A stretch of DNA of 51,147 nt from Octopus bimaculoides (taxonomy: Eukaryota): positions 34,203,453 to 34,254,599 of the forward strand of contig NC_068995.1 of NCBI RefSeq assembly GCF_001194135.2, written 5' to 3'. Of this stretch, positions 1-10,710 are shown piece by piece (within the stretch, counting starts at the first letter, position 1; each line of letters begins with the position of its first letter). The notes under the pieces are model-generated. The model was not told where the DNA came from. It ran no database searches and saw only the letters and a program-made list of their open reading frames with translations. Position numbers and translations under genes: made by a program.

Positions 1-535
1 ATATATATATATATATATATCTTTACATTTTTACATGGCAAAGCTGAAAAATAGCTGCCACTAGACTGTCTGAAACTTCAAATCACAGTCGACCAACCCT
101 TTCCATATACAAATTAAGTAGATTTGGTACTCTCCAAAAATGTAACGAGTGTCCATTCAATTTAATTTTCAACTGTTTTTAAATATAACTTTAGAGAAAA
201 CGCAAGCACATACATACACACACATTTCACTTTCTCTCCCGTCCTCCTCCTCTCACTCTCTATATTTATGCACACACACACAAACATACACACACATATA
301 TCTAACATTCAAGTTAACAAATTCCCTCACCCTAACTCCGATGTTCACGGTTCCGATCTTCGACCAGTTGTGAATGTTGGAAAAAGTAGAAGCAACATGT
401 AAAACTACTCCCAGGCGCCAAAAAACAAAACAGAACAAAACACACACACACTCGGAAATGTTTCGATATAATGTTGATTTCTTATTGAATGCAGGCGAAA
501 CCATTAAATTCATGCATTTCTTATATGGTTGTTCG

Positions 536-707
536 GATGAATAATACGGTTTTACTTTGATGTAAAACAGCATATGAACATAAAAATGTTTTATATTCAA
601 ACGGGTTTTACTTAATCATTGAGGGTGTACCACTGTATAAGAGAATGTATGTTTATAGATGTACACATGTGGAAATGTGTGTACGTGTGTGTATATGTGA
701 GCATATG

Positions 708-758
<51 letters not shown>

Positions 759-1224
759 NNNNNNNNNNNNNNNNNNNNNNNNNNNNNNNNNNNNNNNNNN
801 NNNNNNNNNNNNNNNNNNNNNNNNNNNNNNNNNNNNNNNNNNNNNNNNNNNNNNNNNNNNNNNNNNNNNNNNNNNNNNNNNNNNNNNNNNNNNNNNNNNN
901 NNNNNNNNNNNNNNNNNNNNNNNNNNNNNNNNNNNNNNNNNNNNNNNNNNNNNNNNNNNNNNNNNNNNNNNNNNNNNNNNNNNNNNNNNNNNNNNNNNNN
1001 NNNNNNNNNNNNNNNNNNNNNNNNNNNNNNNNNNNNNNNNNNNNNNNNNNNNGATGAATAATACGGTTTTACTTTGATGTAAAACAGCATATGAACATAA
1101 AAATGTTTTATATTCAAACGGGTTTTACTTAATCATTGAGGGTGTACCACTGTATAAGAGAATGTATGTTTATAGATGTACACATGTGGAAATGTGTGTA
1201 CGTGTGTGTATATGTGAGCATATG

Positions 1225-1260
<36 letters not shown>
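536..1260 (+). repeat. Near-identical ~220-bp segment on both sides of an N gap (536-758 and 1053-1260); probable assembly overlap
   Basis: gatgaataatacggttttactttg...catatgtatgt(at)n occurs just before the gap (759-1052) and restarts right after it; copies differ only in (AT)n length. Confidence 0.85.
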
Positions 1261-1262
<2 letters not shown>

Positions 1263-1899
1263 CACATATATATTTACATTTATTTTTTATACAGATTTGC
1301 TTTAAAATCACGTTTTAAGCATCTTTCCATCGGATAAAATTTTTTTTTTAATGTTCATATGCTTTTAACAACTAAGTGGATACGGCCATATTCGAAATAT
1401 ACGAAAAAGAAGAACATGGCGCTTTCTCGCATCGAAACAGGGCCCAGCATTATATTAAAACATTTCTGAGATGCTATATATACTGATTGTAATTGTTCTA
1501 TCATTCGCTAAAAATCAAATATCGGAAACATGAGACAAGGAATAACGCTTAATAACATTCTCAGGTTGCAATAAATGGTAAGAAACTCAACAGTAGTTAT
1601 TAAGTCCCATATACCTCGATGAAGGGCCAGAAACCAAACTTTTAAGAGTAGCTAAACCTGAATTAGTAATAGCTAGTAAATATATGTCAAATGGCATTTT
1701 GTGTTTGTTCTTGAGATGTTCAAAAATTTGATTCTGATCTGTATTCACCTGATGAAAATGTTTTTTTTCTCTTTTTTCATGATATAACACTTCTGTTCAT
1801 CAATAAAAAACACGCCTGAAACAGACGTAATGAATTACAATCCATCTGCTGTTATTTGTTCATCATTCACCTAACTCGGAACCTGAAATTCGTTTGGAT

Positions 1900-2121
1900 C
1901 TAGAGTCTAATGAGTGTGGTGCAATAGGTGTAGTCATGTGTGACCTTGACGACTCGTTGTGTATATTCTGTTAACCATTTGTGATTGTATGCACAACTGG
2001 AGTGCAAATCCGTGTTTACTTCAGCAAGTACGTATTTGTCCTTATATGGTTTGCATACGATAGTGCTATCACCGACTTGACCTTGGTACTTTACAATATA
2101 AGTATCTGATTCTCTTGAATC
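1900..2121 (-). CDS. Candidate coding exon, unknown product (DSRESDTYIVKYQGQVGDSTIVCKPYKDKYVLAEVNTDLHSSCAYNHKWLTEYTQRVVKVTHDYTYCTTLIRL*)
   Basis: Minus-strand acceptor ataattttcag|gat followed by 73 stop-free, non-repetitive codons; no start codon, so absent from the ORF track; no family recognised. Confidence 0.3.
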   Translation of the reverse strand, partial: DSRESDTYIVKYQGQVGDSTIVCKPYKDKYVLAEVNTDLHSSCAYNHKWLTEYTQRVVKVTHDYTYCTTLIRL

Positions 2122-2146
2122 CTGAAAATTATATATATATATATAT

Positions 2147-2191
<45 letters not shown>

Positions 2192-2412
2192 CGTGCGTAT
2201 ATTTACATGTATAACTATCAATATATACGTATATAAGCACATTTAACTGCGAGGATCAAAATTAAGATGTGTACATTTATTTTTAACACGTTCTTTTTCA
2301 TTAGAACTAGAGAAAGGAATTCATTGCTAGATTTTGTCTCGGAGAAATGTTTCTATTTATAGGCTTTGTGTGCAAAATCACTTGAAAAGGAGTCCCGAAT
2401 GAAATAAGATGA

Positions 2413-2458
2413 CTACAAGACACAGTGTTTCAGCATGATTTCACCTCATCAGTCGCAG
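2413..2458 (-). ncRNA. Type I hammerhead ribozyme motif (Penelope-like-element type)
   Basis: Minus strand reads CUGCGA-CUGAUGA-GGUGAAAUCAUGCU-GAAA-CAC-U-GUG-UC-UUGUAG: intact core, GUC cleavage triplet, 6-bp stem I (two GU pairs), stem III with a 1-nt loop; stem II imperfect. Confidence 0.7.
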
Positions 2459-2559
2459 ATTTGCCCTAGCTCATTCTTAACTGGACATGAACTTCTATTA
2501 AATGTATAAAACAGCAAACAATACATTAAAAATTGTTGAGAGAGTTCGGCTTAAATCCT

Positions 2560-2623
2560 CACGACTGAAGCAGTAGTTGCCCTGAGGGAGCTAAATCATA
2601 GCGAAACACTGTGTCTGGTCGTG
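2560..2623 (+). ncRNA. Degenerate hammerhead motif, inverted relative of 2413-2458
   Basis: Shares cgactga...aaatcat..gc.gaaacactgtgtc with the minus-strand copy; core reads CUGAAGC and stem I is offset. Confidence 0.45.
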
Positions 2624-2923
2624 TACTGATATTATAAAGCGTTTGGCTGGTTGTATTTTTATACAGAAAGACCGTAAACTGAAATTTTTCTCAGTGACAT
2701 ATTCCTGTATCAAAAGGGCTTTTGAATTCTAGGTTTTAAAAAACAAATGAACAGTCTTTGCACACATACACACACACATACATACATACATACATACATA
2801 CATGCATACAGACATACATACATAGAATGTATCTATCTATATATATATACATTTATAGACACACATATACACATCTATATATATCTATATATATATATAT
2901 ATATATATATATANNNNNNNNNN

Positions 2924-2968
<45 letters not shown>

Positions 2969-2994
2969 TCCTTGTTTGTGTATATAAGTATGTA

Positions 2995-3440
2995 TGTATG
3001 AGTAGGTGTGAAGATTTTAAGTAATGCCATTTACTTACACTGTCAATTTTGTATTTATCTTTTCGATCTTTATACTCTATGATAGACTTTTACTTTACAT
3101 TGTATTTTATACTTTTTTCGTGAAACACGCACGACAAAACACGAAGGTAAATGTTATTTGGAAGAAAGGCTCCTACTTTAAGCTTTAGAGCGAATAATAT
3201 TATGTGTGTGTGTGTGTATGTGTGTATGTAAGTAGGTAAAGAGATTTTAAGTAGTGGCATTTGCTTTGTACAAGGAATTTTGTAATCTTTACAAAGTAAG
3301 ATAGAATATTTTTATAGACATTTTAATTTATTTTTTTCCTCTGAAACACACATGATAAAAAAAAAAAACCGAAATGACAGGAAATGTTATTCGGATGAAA
3401 GATGGTCTCTTTAAATTGACAATAGACCGAGTAACATTTC
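2995..3440 (+). repeat. Diverged tandem duplication, ~230-bp unit
   Basis: agtaggt..gattttaagta..gcattt and tgaaacac.ca.ga.aaaa...aaatgttatt.gga.gaaag each occur twice; each unit is preceded by a TG/TA microsatellite. Confidence 0.5.
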
Positions 3441-3537
3441 TAGAAGACATCAAAGATAGACACATCTGAAAGGAGGCGGGTACATGCTGCAGAAAAATAT
3501 GGCAATGTACAATGTTTCTGCGTCTAATTATGCATAC

Positions 3538-3575
3538 CTTTCTGGATTCGTGTTATCTGTTCACAAACAGACGCA
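3538..3575 (-). CDS. Candidate 38-nt exon (ASVCEQITRIQK)
   Basis: atatgtttcag|...aaag|gtatgc; only the phase-2 entry frame is open, matching the exit phase of exon candidate 10317-10447. Confidence 0.2.
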
Positions 3576-3704
3576 CTGAAACATATACGCACACATGCAC
3601 ACATATGTATGTATGCTATATATTTAACCATACGTATAAACAGACAAACATACATACACAATCACTTCTCTCGCACGCATATAAAGGAACTAATATATAT
3701 GTGT

Positions 3705-3751
<47 letters not shown>

Positions 3752-3865
3752 AATGTGTGTATGAGTGTATTAAATGCATTTTGTTGTTTGGTCTATTTGA
3801 AACTTGTACAAAGTTGAGATTAAAAATAAGTCGATGCCTCTGTAAGTTTCCCCTGTGGAAACATT

Positions 3866-3894
<29 letters not shown>

Positions 3895-3899
<5 letters not shown>

Positions 3900-5131
3900 G
3901 GTGTCGTCTAAATTATGCAAAAATGAAAATAACACTAATATCTCATTTTAACAGATATGTTTACCAAAATTACATAGAAATATCATGAAATACTAAGGAG
4001 AAAATGTATTCAATAAAATTGCCATTGGCTTCAACCACAGCCTGAAGACGACTTCGGAATCTCCTGCAACTCTTCTGGACGGTCTTCTTGTTTATGATGA
4101 TGAATGTTGCCATAATCCTTGCCTTCAGTTCATCTTTGGTGTTACAAGAAGTTCTGTTGGACTCTCGCTCAACTGTATCACACACACAATAATCAAGGGG
4201 GTTGCAGGCTGGGGAGTTAGGTGGCCAGATATTAGGGGTGATGTGGTCGCAAAAATTGTCTGACAGCATAGTGTAGCGTCCTGTTGCCCGACATAGGGTC
4301 TTCCAGCAGCACTACCTCTTCCAGGCACTTTATGTAGGCCTCCGTGTTGAGTGTGAGGCCGTGTGGGAAGATGAATGGAAGCATAACGTCGTCATCACTC
4401 GTGATTACTCCAAACAACACGATGTTGACTGGATGTTTGATTTTTATCACTCTCCGTACATGTTTTGGGGACACAGCAAGCCAACGGTTGTTCTGTATGT
4501 TCACCATCTGATCCCGACCGAAATTTTTCTCGTCTTAGAAAAACCAAAGTATGTTCGGTGCGAGAGGATGCTTGAGTTTGTTCAAAAGCTTCGTAGCGCG
4601 GCCTTTCCTCTTGTTCTTCATGGCATGGGATAAAAATTGGTCCTTTCTCATCTTGTATGAGGTATACTGAATGTCTTCATGCACTACCTGCTTAATAAGA
4701 AACTCAGACACTGCCATGTCCCTGGTGATGGTCCTGATTGACTTGAAGGGATCGCTGTCAATCTTGACCTGGATCTCACCAACAAATTCAGGAGTTCATT
4801 TTTCATCAAAACGATCAGAGTGAGTTTTCCGAGCTGCCGTGCCTTAGTAATCACGATTAGACTCATCTAACTCTTTCCGAATCCTCTGAACTGTCCTCAG
4901 ATTGACACCCAAACACTTTAAAATGTACCTATTGGATCTTCCGGCGCGAATGGCAAACAGTACAGCATGTCTTTTCCAAAATTCTGGCAGAGTGAATTGT
5001 TTCATGGTGCTGTTTTTCTTACAGACGGTACTGCCCCTACTTTGCTGTGTAGTCGACAAAATCAAAAACAATCAATGCGCATGCGTGAAATTAAAAATAT
5101 AAAATAGCGACAATTTACTCAGCGCACCTTG
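3895..5131 (-). mobile_element. Tc1/mariner DNA transposon, maT (DD37D)-like, decayed
   Basis: Right end ...gacaatttactcagcgcaccttg|TA; left end degraded; contains transposase remnants. Confidence 0.9.
4006..5005 (-). pseudogene. maT/DD37D-type transposase pseudogene
   Basis: Fragments MKQFTLPEFWKRHAV..., LWFF*DEKNF, QQD, IWPPNSPACNPLDY, SRLQAVVEANGNFIE; stops, frameshifts and a deletion after QQD, so DD37D spacing is inferred from motif type. Confidence 0.88.
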
Positions 5132-5317
5132 TATATANNNNNNNNNNNNNNNNNNNNNNNNNNNNNNNNNNNNNNNNNNNNNNNNNNNNNNNNNNNNNNN
5201 NNNNNNNNNNNNNNNNNNNNNNNNNNNNNNNNNNNNNNNNNNNNNNNNNNNNNNNNNNNNNNNNNNNNNNNNNNNNNNNNNNNNNNNNNNNNNNNNNNNN
5301 NNNATATATAAATAATA

Positions 5318-5431
5318 AATAATGTGTTTTGAATGGCACAACAATGCACTATAATAACAACAATGGACTATAATAACTGGTGTAATTTAATTATCCATAG
5401 TCTGATGTTATGCCATTCAAAACACATTATT
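5318..5431. repeat. Perfect 21-bp inverted repeat with 72-bp spacer
   Basis: aataatgtgttttgaatggca (5318-5338) / tgccattcaaaacacattatt (5411-5431). Confidence 0.75.
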
Positions 5432-5600
5432 ACTATTTATTATTATTGTTTACAAACAATACACAATGCTTCAAGCGAACTACAATACTCTCCTATATAT
5501 ATAATATATATATTAATAATAATAATGACAACAAAAAAAAATGAATGAGACCTCGATATTATGTAAAATAGGGGAATTTATCTATCAATATAATATGTGA

Positions 5601-5746
5601 TAATTAGTTGGTTGTCATAATAAAACTCGGATACCGGGGCTGAAGTTATTAAGACAAAACGCTATAAAAAAAAAACCCGTTGAATAAAGGGAAATTACTC
5701 CAATAGGTATGAGGAAAGTAATACTTCATTCATAGAATCTGCATAT
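5601..5746 (-). mobile_element. Penelope pseudo-LTR-like repeat copy with the hammerhead core deleted
   Basis: Reverse complement aligns to 7602-7768 apart from two deletions that remove CUGAUGA and GAAA/stem III. Confidence 0.65.
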
Positions 5747-6363
5747 ACACACATATACACACACATACATGTACGCGCACACACACACATGTATGTATAT
5801 CTATATCTATATACATACTCACACACGCGTGTACATATACATACAAACACACATATATACATATATATGTGTCTACGCATACACGCACATACACACGCAT
5901 ATATACCCATGCACGCATCACTACGCTCATATATAGATCTCTACACTAACACACATATACATACGCGGTTATACAAAGCGTAGTTTATACGCACATGCAT
6001 ATACATCAGCGGAAAACGTATATACAAATAAAAACACATACGCAAAAACCATAAAAACGTAAAACATTCACATTCCCCGCAAAACTTGAATATACAAATG
6101 AGTTATATATGTATATACACAAATACACCCTCCTGTCTGTCAAACACATCTACACCTGCTGATATATAAACGTAAATACATATTTATATGTATGAAAGAA
6201 GGAGACAGGTACAACAGGCAAAGTCTTGCACTCGTATATATACAATCATTCCTACACATGTATATATGCACGCACTTGTACATTAGGTATATACTACACG
6301 CATGTAAGTTACACGATTTTGTATGTATATGTAGACGCGTGTGTGAGTATGTATATAGATATA

Positions 6364-7544
6364 TCCGGTCAGCTCATAAGATCTGTCCGATTTTACCTTT
6401 TTAAAAATTGAATTGAATTAAAAATTATTTTTATGCATTTGTGTACATTTAAACCAATTAAATATTATTTTACAGAATAATAGAATTAAAATTTCTTTGA
6501 TTAAAACCCTTTCTAACATGGAACTATCCAAAGAGCATTTGAGGCACATAATGCTTTAGGAGTACAAAAAAGGAAACTCTGCAGCCGAAGCGACTCGAAA
6601 CATACACTCAGTTTATGAGAAAGAATGCTTGAATGAAAGAACTTGCAGATGGTTTGCAAAATTCAGAAGTGGAGATTTCAGCCTTGAAGATGAAGATCGA
6701 ACAGGATGTCCAGTTGAGNNNNNNNNNNNNNNNNNNNNNNNNNNNNNNNNNNNNNNNNNNNNNNNNNNNNNNNNNNNNNNNNNNNNNNNNNNNNNNNNNN
6801 NNNNNNNNNNNNNNNNNNNNNNNNNNNNNNNNNNNNNNNNNNNNNNNNNNNNNNNNNNNNNNNNNNNNNNNNNNNNNNNNNNNNNNNNNNNNNNNNNNNN
6901 NNNNNNNNNNNNNNNNNNNNNNNNNNNNNNNNNNNNNNNNNNNNNNNNNNNNNNNNNNNNNNNNNNNNNNNNNNNNNNNNNNNNNNNNNNNNNNNNNNNN
7001 NNNNNNNNNNNCTATCTGGTGGGATTGCAAAGGAGTAATTCACTTTGAATTGTTACCACCTAATGCAACAATCAATGCTCAAGTCTACTGTCAGCAATTA
7101 GAGCGTTTGAACCAAGCTTTGAAGAAAAAAAGACCCGCTTTAGTGAATCGAAAAGGAGTGATGTTTCATCTGGACAATGCGCGACCCCACACTGCAAAGA
7201 TCACATCACAGAAGATCGAAAAGGTTGGTTGGGAAAAAAATTCCTCATCCACCTTATTCTCCCGACCTTGCTCCTTCAGACTGCCATTTGTTTCGTAGTT
7301 TACAGAATCATTTGGTGACATAACTTTCGCAAGCCAGGAGGAGGTCGAAACTGACATTTCAGAGTTCTTCGCTCTGAAACTAAAAGAGTTTTACATTGAT
7401 GGGATTAAAAATCTTGTAAATAGATGGAAGGAAGTCATAGATAATCAGGGAAAGTACATTGATGATTAAATTTCAATTAAATATAACATTTGATCACTTC
7501 TTTTCTTTATTCAAAATTCGGACAGGACTTATGAAATGACCTGA
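6364..7544 (+). mobile_element. mariner (DD34D) transposon, full-length but decayed; N gap 6719-7011
   Basis: TIRs tccggtcagctcataagatctgtccgatttt / aaaattcggacaggacttatgaaatgacctga, flanked by TA. Confidence 0.92.
6518..7469 (+). pseudogene. mariner transposase pseudogene
   Basis: MELSKEHLRHIML*EYKKGNSAAEATRNI...WFAKFRSGDFSLED; IWWDCKGVIHFELL; FHLDNARPH; HPPYSPDLAPSD; early stop and a poly-A frameshift. Confidence 0.92.
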
Positions 7545-7601
7545 TATACACACACATGTGTTTGTGTGTGCGTGCATGTATGTGTGTGTGTGTATGTGTG
7601 C

Positions 7602-7768
7602 ATATGTGGATTCTATGAATGAAGTATTACTTTCACCATGCCTGTTGGAGTAATTTCCCTTTATTCAACAGTTTTTTCCATAGCGTTTTGTCTTAATAAC
7701 TGATGAGATGCCGGAGCAGACTTCAGCCCCGGTATCCGAAACTCTGAGTTTTATTATGACAACTAATT
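7602..7768 (+). mobile_element. Penelope pseudo-LTR-like repeat copy carrying a hammerhead
   Basis: Inverted homolog of 5601-5746; contains the hammerhead at 7690-7760. Confidence 0.65.
7690..7760 (+). ncRNA. Type I hammerhead ribozyme motif, complete
   Basis: GUCU-UAAUAA-CUGAUGA(7700-7706)-GAUGCCGG...CCGGUAUC-C-GAAA(7738-7741)-CUC-U-GAG-UU-UUAUUA-U-GAC; stem I 6+3 bp, stem II 8 bp, palindromic stem III, GUU triplet. Confidence 0.8.
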
Positions 7769-7774
7769 GTTATA

Positions 7775-7827
<53 letters not shown>

Positions 7828-7831
7828 AGTA

Positions 7832-7985
7832 CATCTCTCCAGCTTCTTGAATATTCACACCAGCGGTGGACGTTGGTAGGTTTCCTGCACCCACTTGGTG
7901 CTTCATACTTGTCCGACAATTTGTAAACTTCTCGATCCACTCATACACACTTCTATTCTGTAGAATGTTGTCCACTTATTGTACG
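7832..7985 (-). mobile_element. mariner transposase N-terminal fragment
   Basis: VQ*VDNILQNRSVYEWIEKFTNCRTSMKHQVGAGNLPTST resembles mariner ..RSVYEWIEKFKNGRTSV..E..GRPSTS. Confidence 0.7.
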
Positions 7986-7990
7986 GAAAT

Positions 7991-8300
7991 ATGGTGTAGT
8001 GGTTAAGGGGCTGGATTCTCGATCTGGAGGCCGTGTGTTCGGTTCTTTATCGAGCAGCGGAGTACGTCTTTGGATAAAGGACATCATTTCTCGTTGCTCC
8101 AGACAGGTCAACTGAAATGAATACCAGTGGAAGGCAGTAACAGCTCCCACTATTTATAGCTGCCACTTCCCAGATGATCTGCTAGATCAAAGGTGGGTGG
8201 GAAGAGGAAGTGCCGGTGTCAGCTCATGACAGCGTAGATTCCTAAATGAATTAGTGAAACATGATACACGCTGTCATGTCATACTAGCTTACTAATGACA
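7991..8300 (+). mobile_element. tRNA-derived SINE, decayed
   Basis: A-box-like tggtgtagtggttaag and B-box-like gtgttcggttc; 11-bp hairpin catgacagcgt/acgctgtcatg in the tail. Confidence 0.5.
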
Positions 8301-8540
8301 GATGTGACTCTTTTTTTAATTGTAAATATCATCTCAGTTAATAGATTTTGTATGCAGAACACATTTCACTTTAGCTCAAGTTTTGATATATACACACACA
8401 CACACACACACACAAACTCGCTCACACACATACACACACATGCACACACACTCACACACAAACACACATACATACACAAGCTCAAACACACAAAAATACC
8501 CACGCACGCGCACATATAAATTTATATTTAACAATATATA

Positions 8541-8682
8541 TGGCAATGTGGTAAGAAGCTTGCTTCCCAGCCATATGGTTTAGGGTTCAGTGCCACTGCG
8601 TGTCACCCGGGGCAAACTTTGGTCGGCCCGAAGCCTTGTGAATGGATTTTGTTGGCGGAAACTGAAAGAAGTTCGTCGTATA
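8541..8682 (+). mobile_element. SINE family A, head
   Basis: gtggtaagaagcttgcttccc...ggttcagtgccactgcg...ggaaactgaaagaag matches 24079-24245. Confidence 0.8.
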
Positions 8683-9551
8683 TACGTGAATAAAAATAAA
8701 TACAAAAAAAAGGGTTTTGTATGATCGTGTATAGAGGAATATATTATTTTATTTAAAAGAGTTCCAACTCTGTCTGTTTTTTATGTTTTATTTATATTCT
8801 TGTAAAATTAATGTGGGATATAGAATATGGAATATATAATATATAATATAAAAATGGATGGTATAAGGAAATGAAGTATTGAATGTCTTATTGAATATAT
8901 GGAATATGTCTTATTGTATTCGCCTTTATATATTTAATCCTTTATATTGAACACTCAATATNNNNNNNNNNNNNNNNNNNNNNNNNNNNNNNNNNNNNNN
9001 NNNNNNNNNNNNNNNNNNNNNNNNNNNNNNNNNNNNNNNNNNNNNNNNNNNNNNNNNNNNNNNNNNNNNNNNNNNNNNNNNNNNNNNNNNNNNNNNNNNN
9101 NNNNNNNNNNNNNNNNNNNNNNNNNNNNNNNNNNNNNNNNNNNNNNNNNNNNNNNNNNNNNNNNNNNNNNNNNNNNNNNNNNNNNNNNNNNNNNNNNNNN
9201 NNNNNNNNNNNNNNNNNNNNNNNNNNNNNNNNNNNNNNNNNNNNNNNNNNNNNNNNNNNNNNNNNNNNNNNNNNNNNNNNNNNNNNNNNNNNNNNNNNNN
9301 NNNNNNNNNNNNNNNNNNNNNNNNNNNNNNNNNNNNNNNNNNNNNNNNNNNNNNNNNNNNNNNNNNNNNNNNNNNNNNNNNNNNNNNNNNNNNNNNNNNN
9401 NNNNNNNNNNNNNNNNNNNNNNNNNNNNNNNNNNNNNNNNNNNNNNNNNNNNNNNNNNNNNNNNNNNNNNNNNNNNNNNNNNNNNNNNNNNNNNNNNNNN
9501 NNNNNNNNNNNNNNNNNNNNNNNNNNNNNNNNNNNNNNNNNNNNNNNNNNN

Positions 9552-9870
9552 CAGCCCTATTTTACACGCACATACATGCTCTCTTATACACACGCATGCG
9601 CACCTTTGTTTTGGGATCACCATTACTTTATTATCTCCCCTTCTTCCTAGCTCTCCTGTGTGACCCCTCTGTCCGGCATTTGCCATGATAGATCGCTAGC
9701 CACTACACATTCTTTATTTTTTCTCCTTGTTTCTGTGTTCCTTTCTGTGGAAGAGCGTAGGCTCGAAACGTTAAAGACTTTTCCACTTCCCGAGTGTTAA
9801 ACTAATACATCTGTTTGTTGTCTACACCACCTGTCTTCGTCTTTTGTTTCTTTTTGGTGAATTCTCCCTA
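9552..9870 (+). mobile_element. Probable Penelope-like 3' end / pseudo-LTR fragment
   Basis: Pyrimidine-rich segment carrying a hammerhead-like motif at 9741-9776; family assignment is inference. Confidence 0.45.
9741..9776 (+). ncRNA. Variant minimal hammerhead-like motif
   Basis: CUUU-CUGUGGA-A-GAGC-GUAG-GCUC-GAAA-CG-UU-AAAG; A6 replaced by U, extra A before stem II, ACGU palindromic stem III. Confidence 0.45.
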
Positions 9871-9890
9871 CATATATATATATATTTGCC

Positions 9891-10078
9891 TTTGTGTCTG
9901 TGTTTGTCACCTGACAACCGATGTTAGTGTGTTTACATCCCCGTAAACCAGCGGTTCGGCAAAAGACACCGATAGCATTAGTGATAAGTTTAAAAAAATA
10001 AGTGCCGGGATCGATTCCTTTGACTAAAAATTCTTCAAGGTCGTGCCTCTGCATGGCCGCAGATAATAAGTAAAAAAA
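9891..10078 (+). mobile_element. SINE family A, tail
   Basis: gacaaccgatgttagtgtgtttacatccccgtaa...gcggttcggcaaaagacaccgatag matches 24570-24790. Confidence 0.8.
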
Positions 10079-10316
10079 ATAACCGCATCTTTGAACGTAG
10101 TTTGAACGATTAATCGTTGTTGTGTGGGGTGTTCGCTCGAGTTATTCTTTTACCCAGCTAAGATGTTTATTATCATTCCTGGAATACGTTTCTAATTCAA
10201 TGAAATTTTACAGTCTGTTAAATTTCATTAGCAAGTGAAATTTAAATAAAATGATGTGCTTGATTAGAAGTTTACTTCAGAAATTTCCACTTCTCATCGC
10301 ATAATCCCCTACTTAC

Positions 10317-10447
10317 CCAATATGGCATTTATAAATATCGTTGCAGTTTGCCATTGATTCATTCTTTGTCTTTCCTTCCAAATAGGCTTCAGTCTGACTT
10401 TTCATTAGAGAAGTCGATTCCTCGTTGAAGCAATTATCTGACGGAAG
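10317..10447 (-). CDS. Candidate 131-nt coding exon (LPSDNCFNEESTSLMKSQTEAYLEGKTKNESMANCNDIYKCHIG)
   Basis: atgtttgcag| acceptor and |gtaagt donor; one frame open end to end; product unknown. Confidence 0.33.
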
Positions 10448-10533
10448 CTGCAAACATAATTATGGGTTCAGAACATGACGTGTAAGAAGAGAAAAGTATT
10501 TTGAACGATTTAACGATGTTAGTGAAGAGATTG

Positions 10534-10534
<1 letters not shown>

Positions 10535-10565
<31 letters not shown>

Positions 10566-10594
10566 TTCTCTCTCTCTCTTTCTCTCTCTCTCTT

Positions 10595-10641
<47 letters not shown>

Positions 10642-10710
10642 TTCTCTCTCTCTCTTTCTCTATCTCTTTCTCTCTCTCTCTCTCTTTATCTCTCTCTCCT
10701 TCTCTTTCTC
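10535..10710. repeat. (CT)n microsatellite
   Basis: Directly visible; source of the SLSL/ERER pseudo-ORFs. Confidence 0.95.

Noticed and set aside
619-1318. Long ORFs in the supplied track running through N gaps and microsatellites (here and throughout, e.g. 8947-9686, 10460-11333, 41539-42265)
   Set aside because: Their length comes from Ns and dinucleotide repeats (YIYI, HTHT, CVCV, ERER), not coding sequence
1748-1770. Other CTGATGA/CTGAAGA hits (1749, about 4045, 27252, 50219)
   Set aside because: No downstream stem II, GAAA and NUH in hammerhead arrangement
1930-1965. NESSRSH in a minus-strand frame, resembling kinesin switch I
   Set aside because: The frame is short and bounded by stops, with no other kinesin motifs
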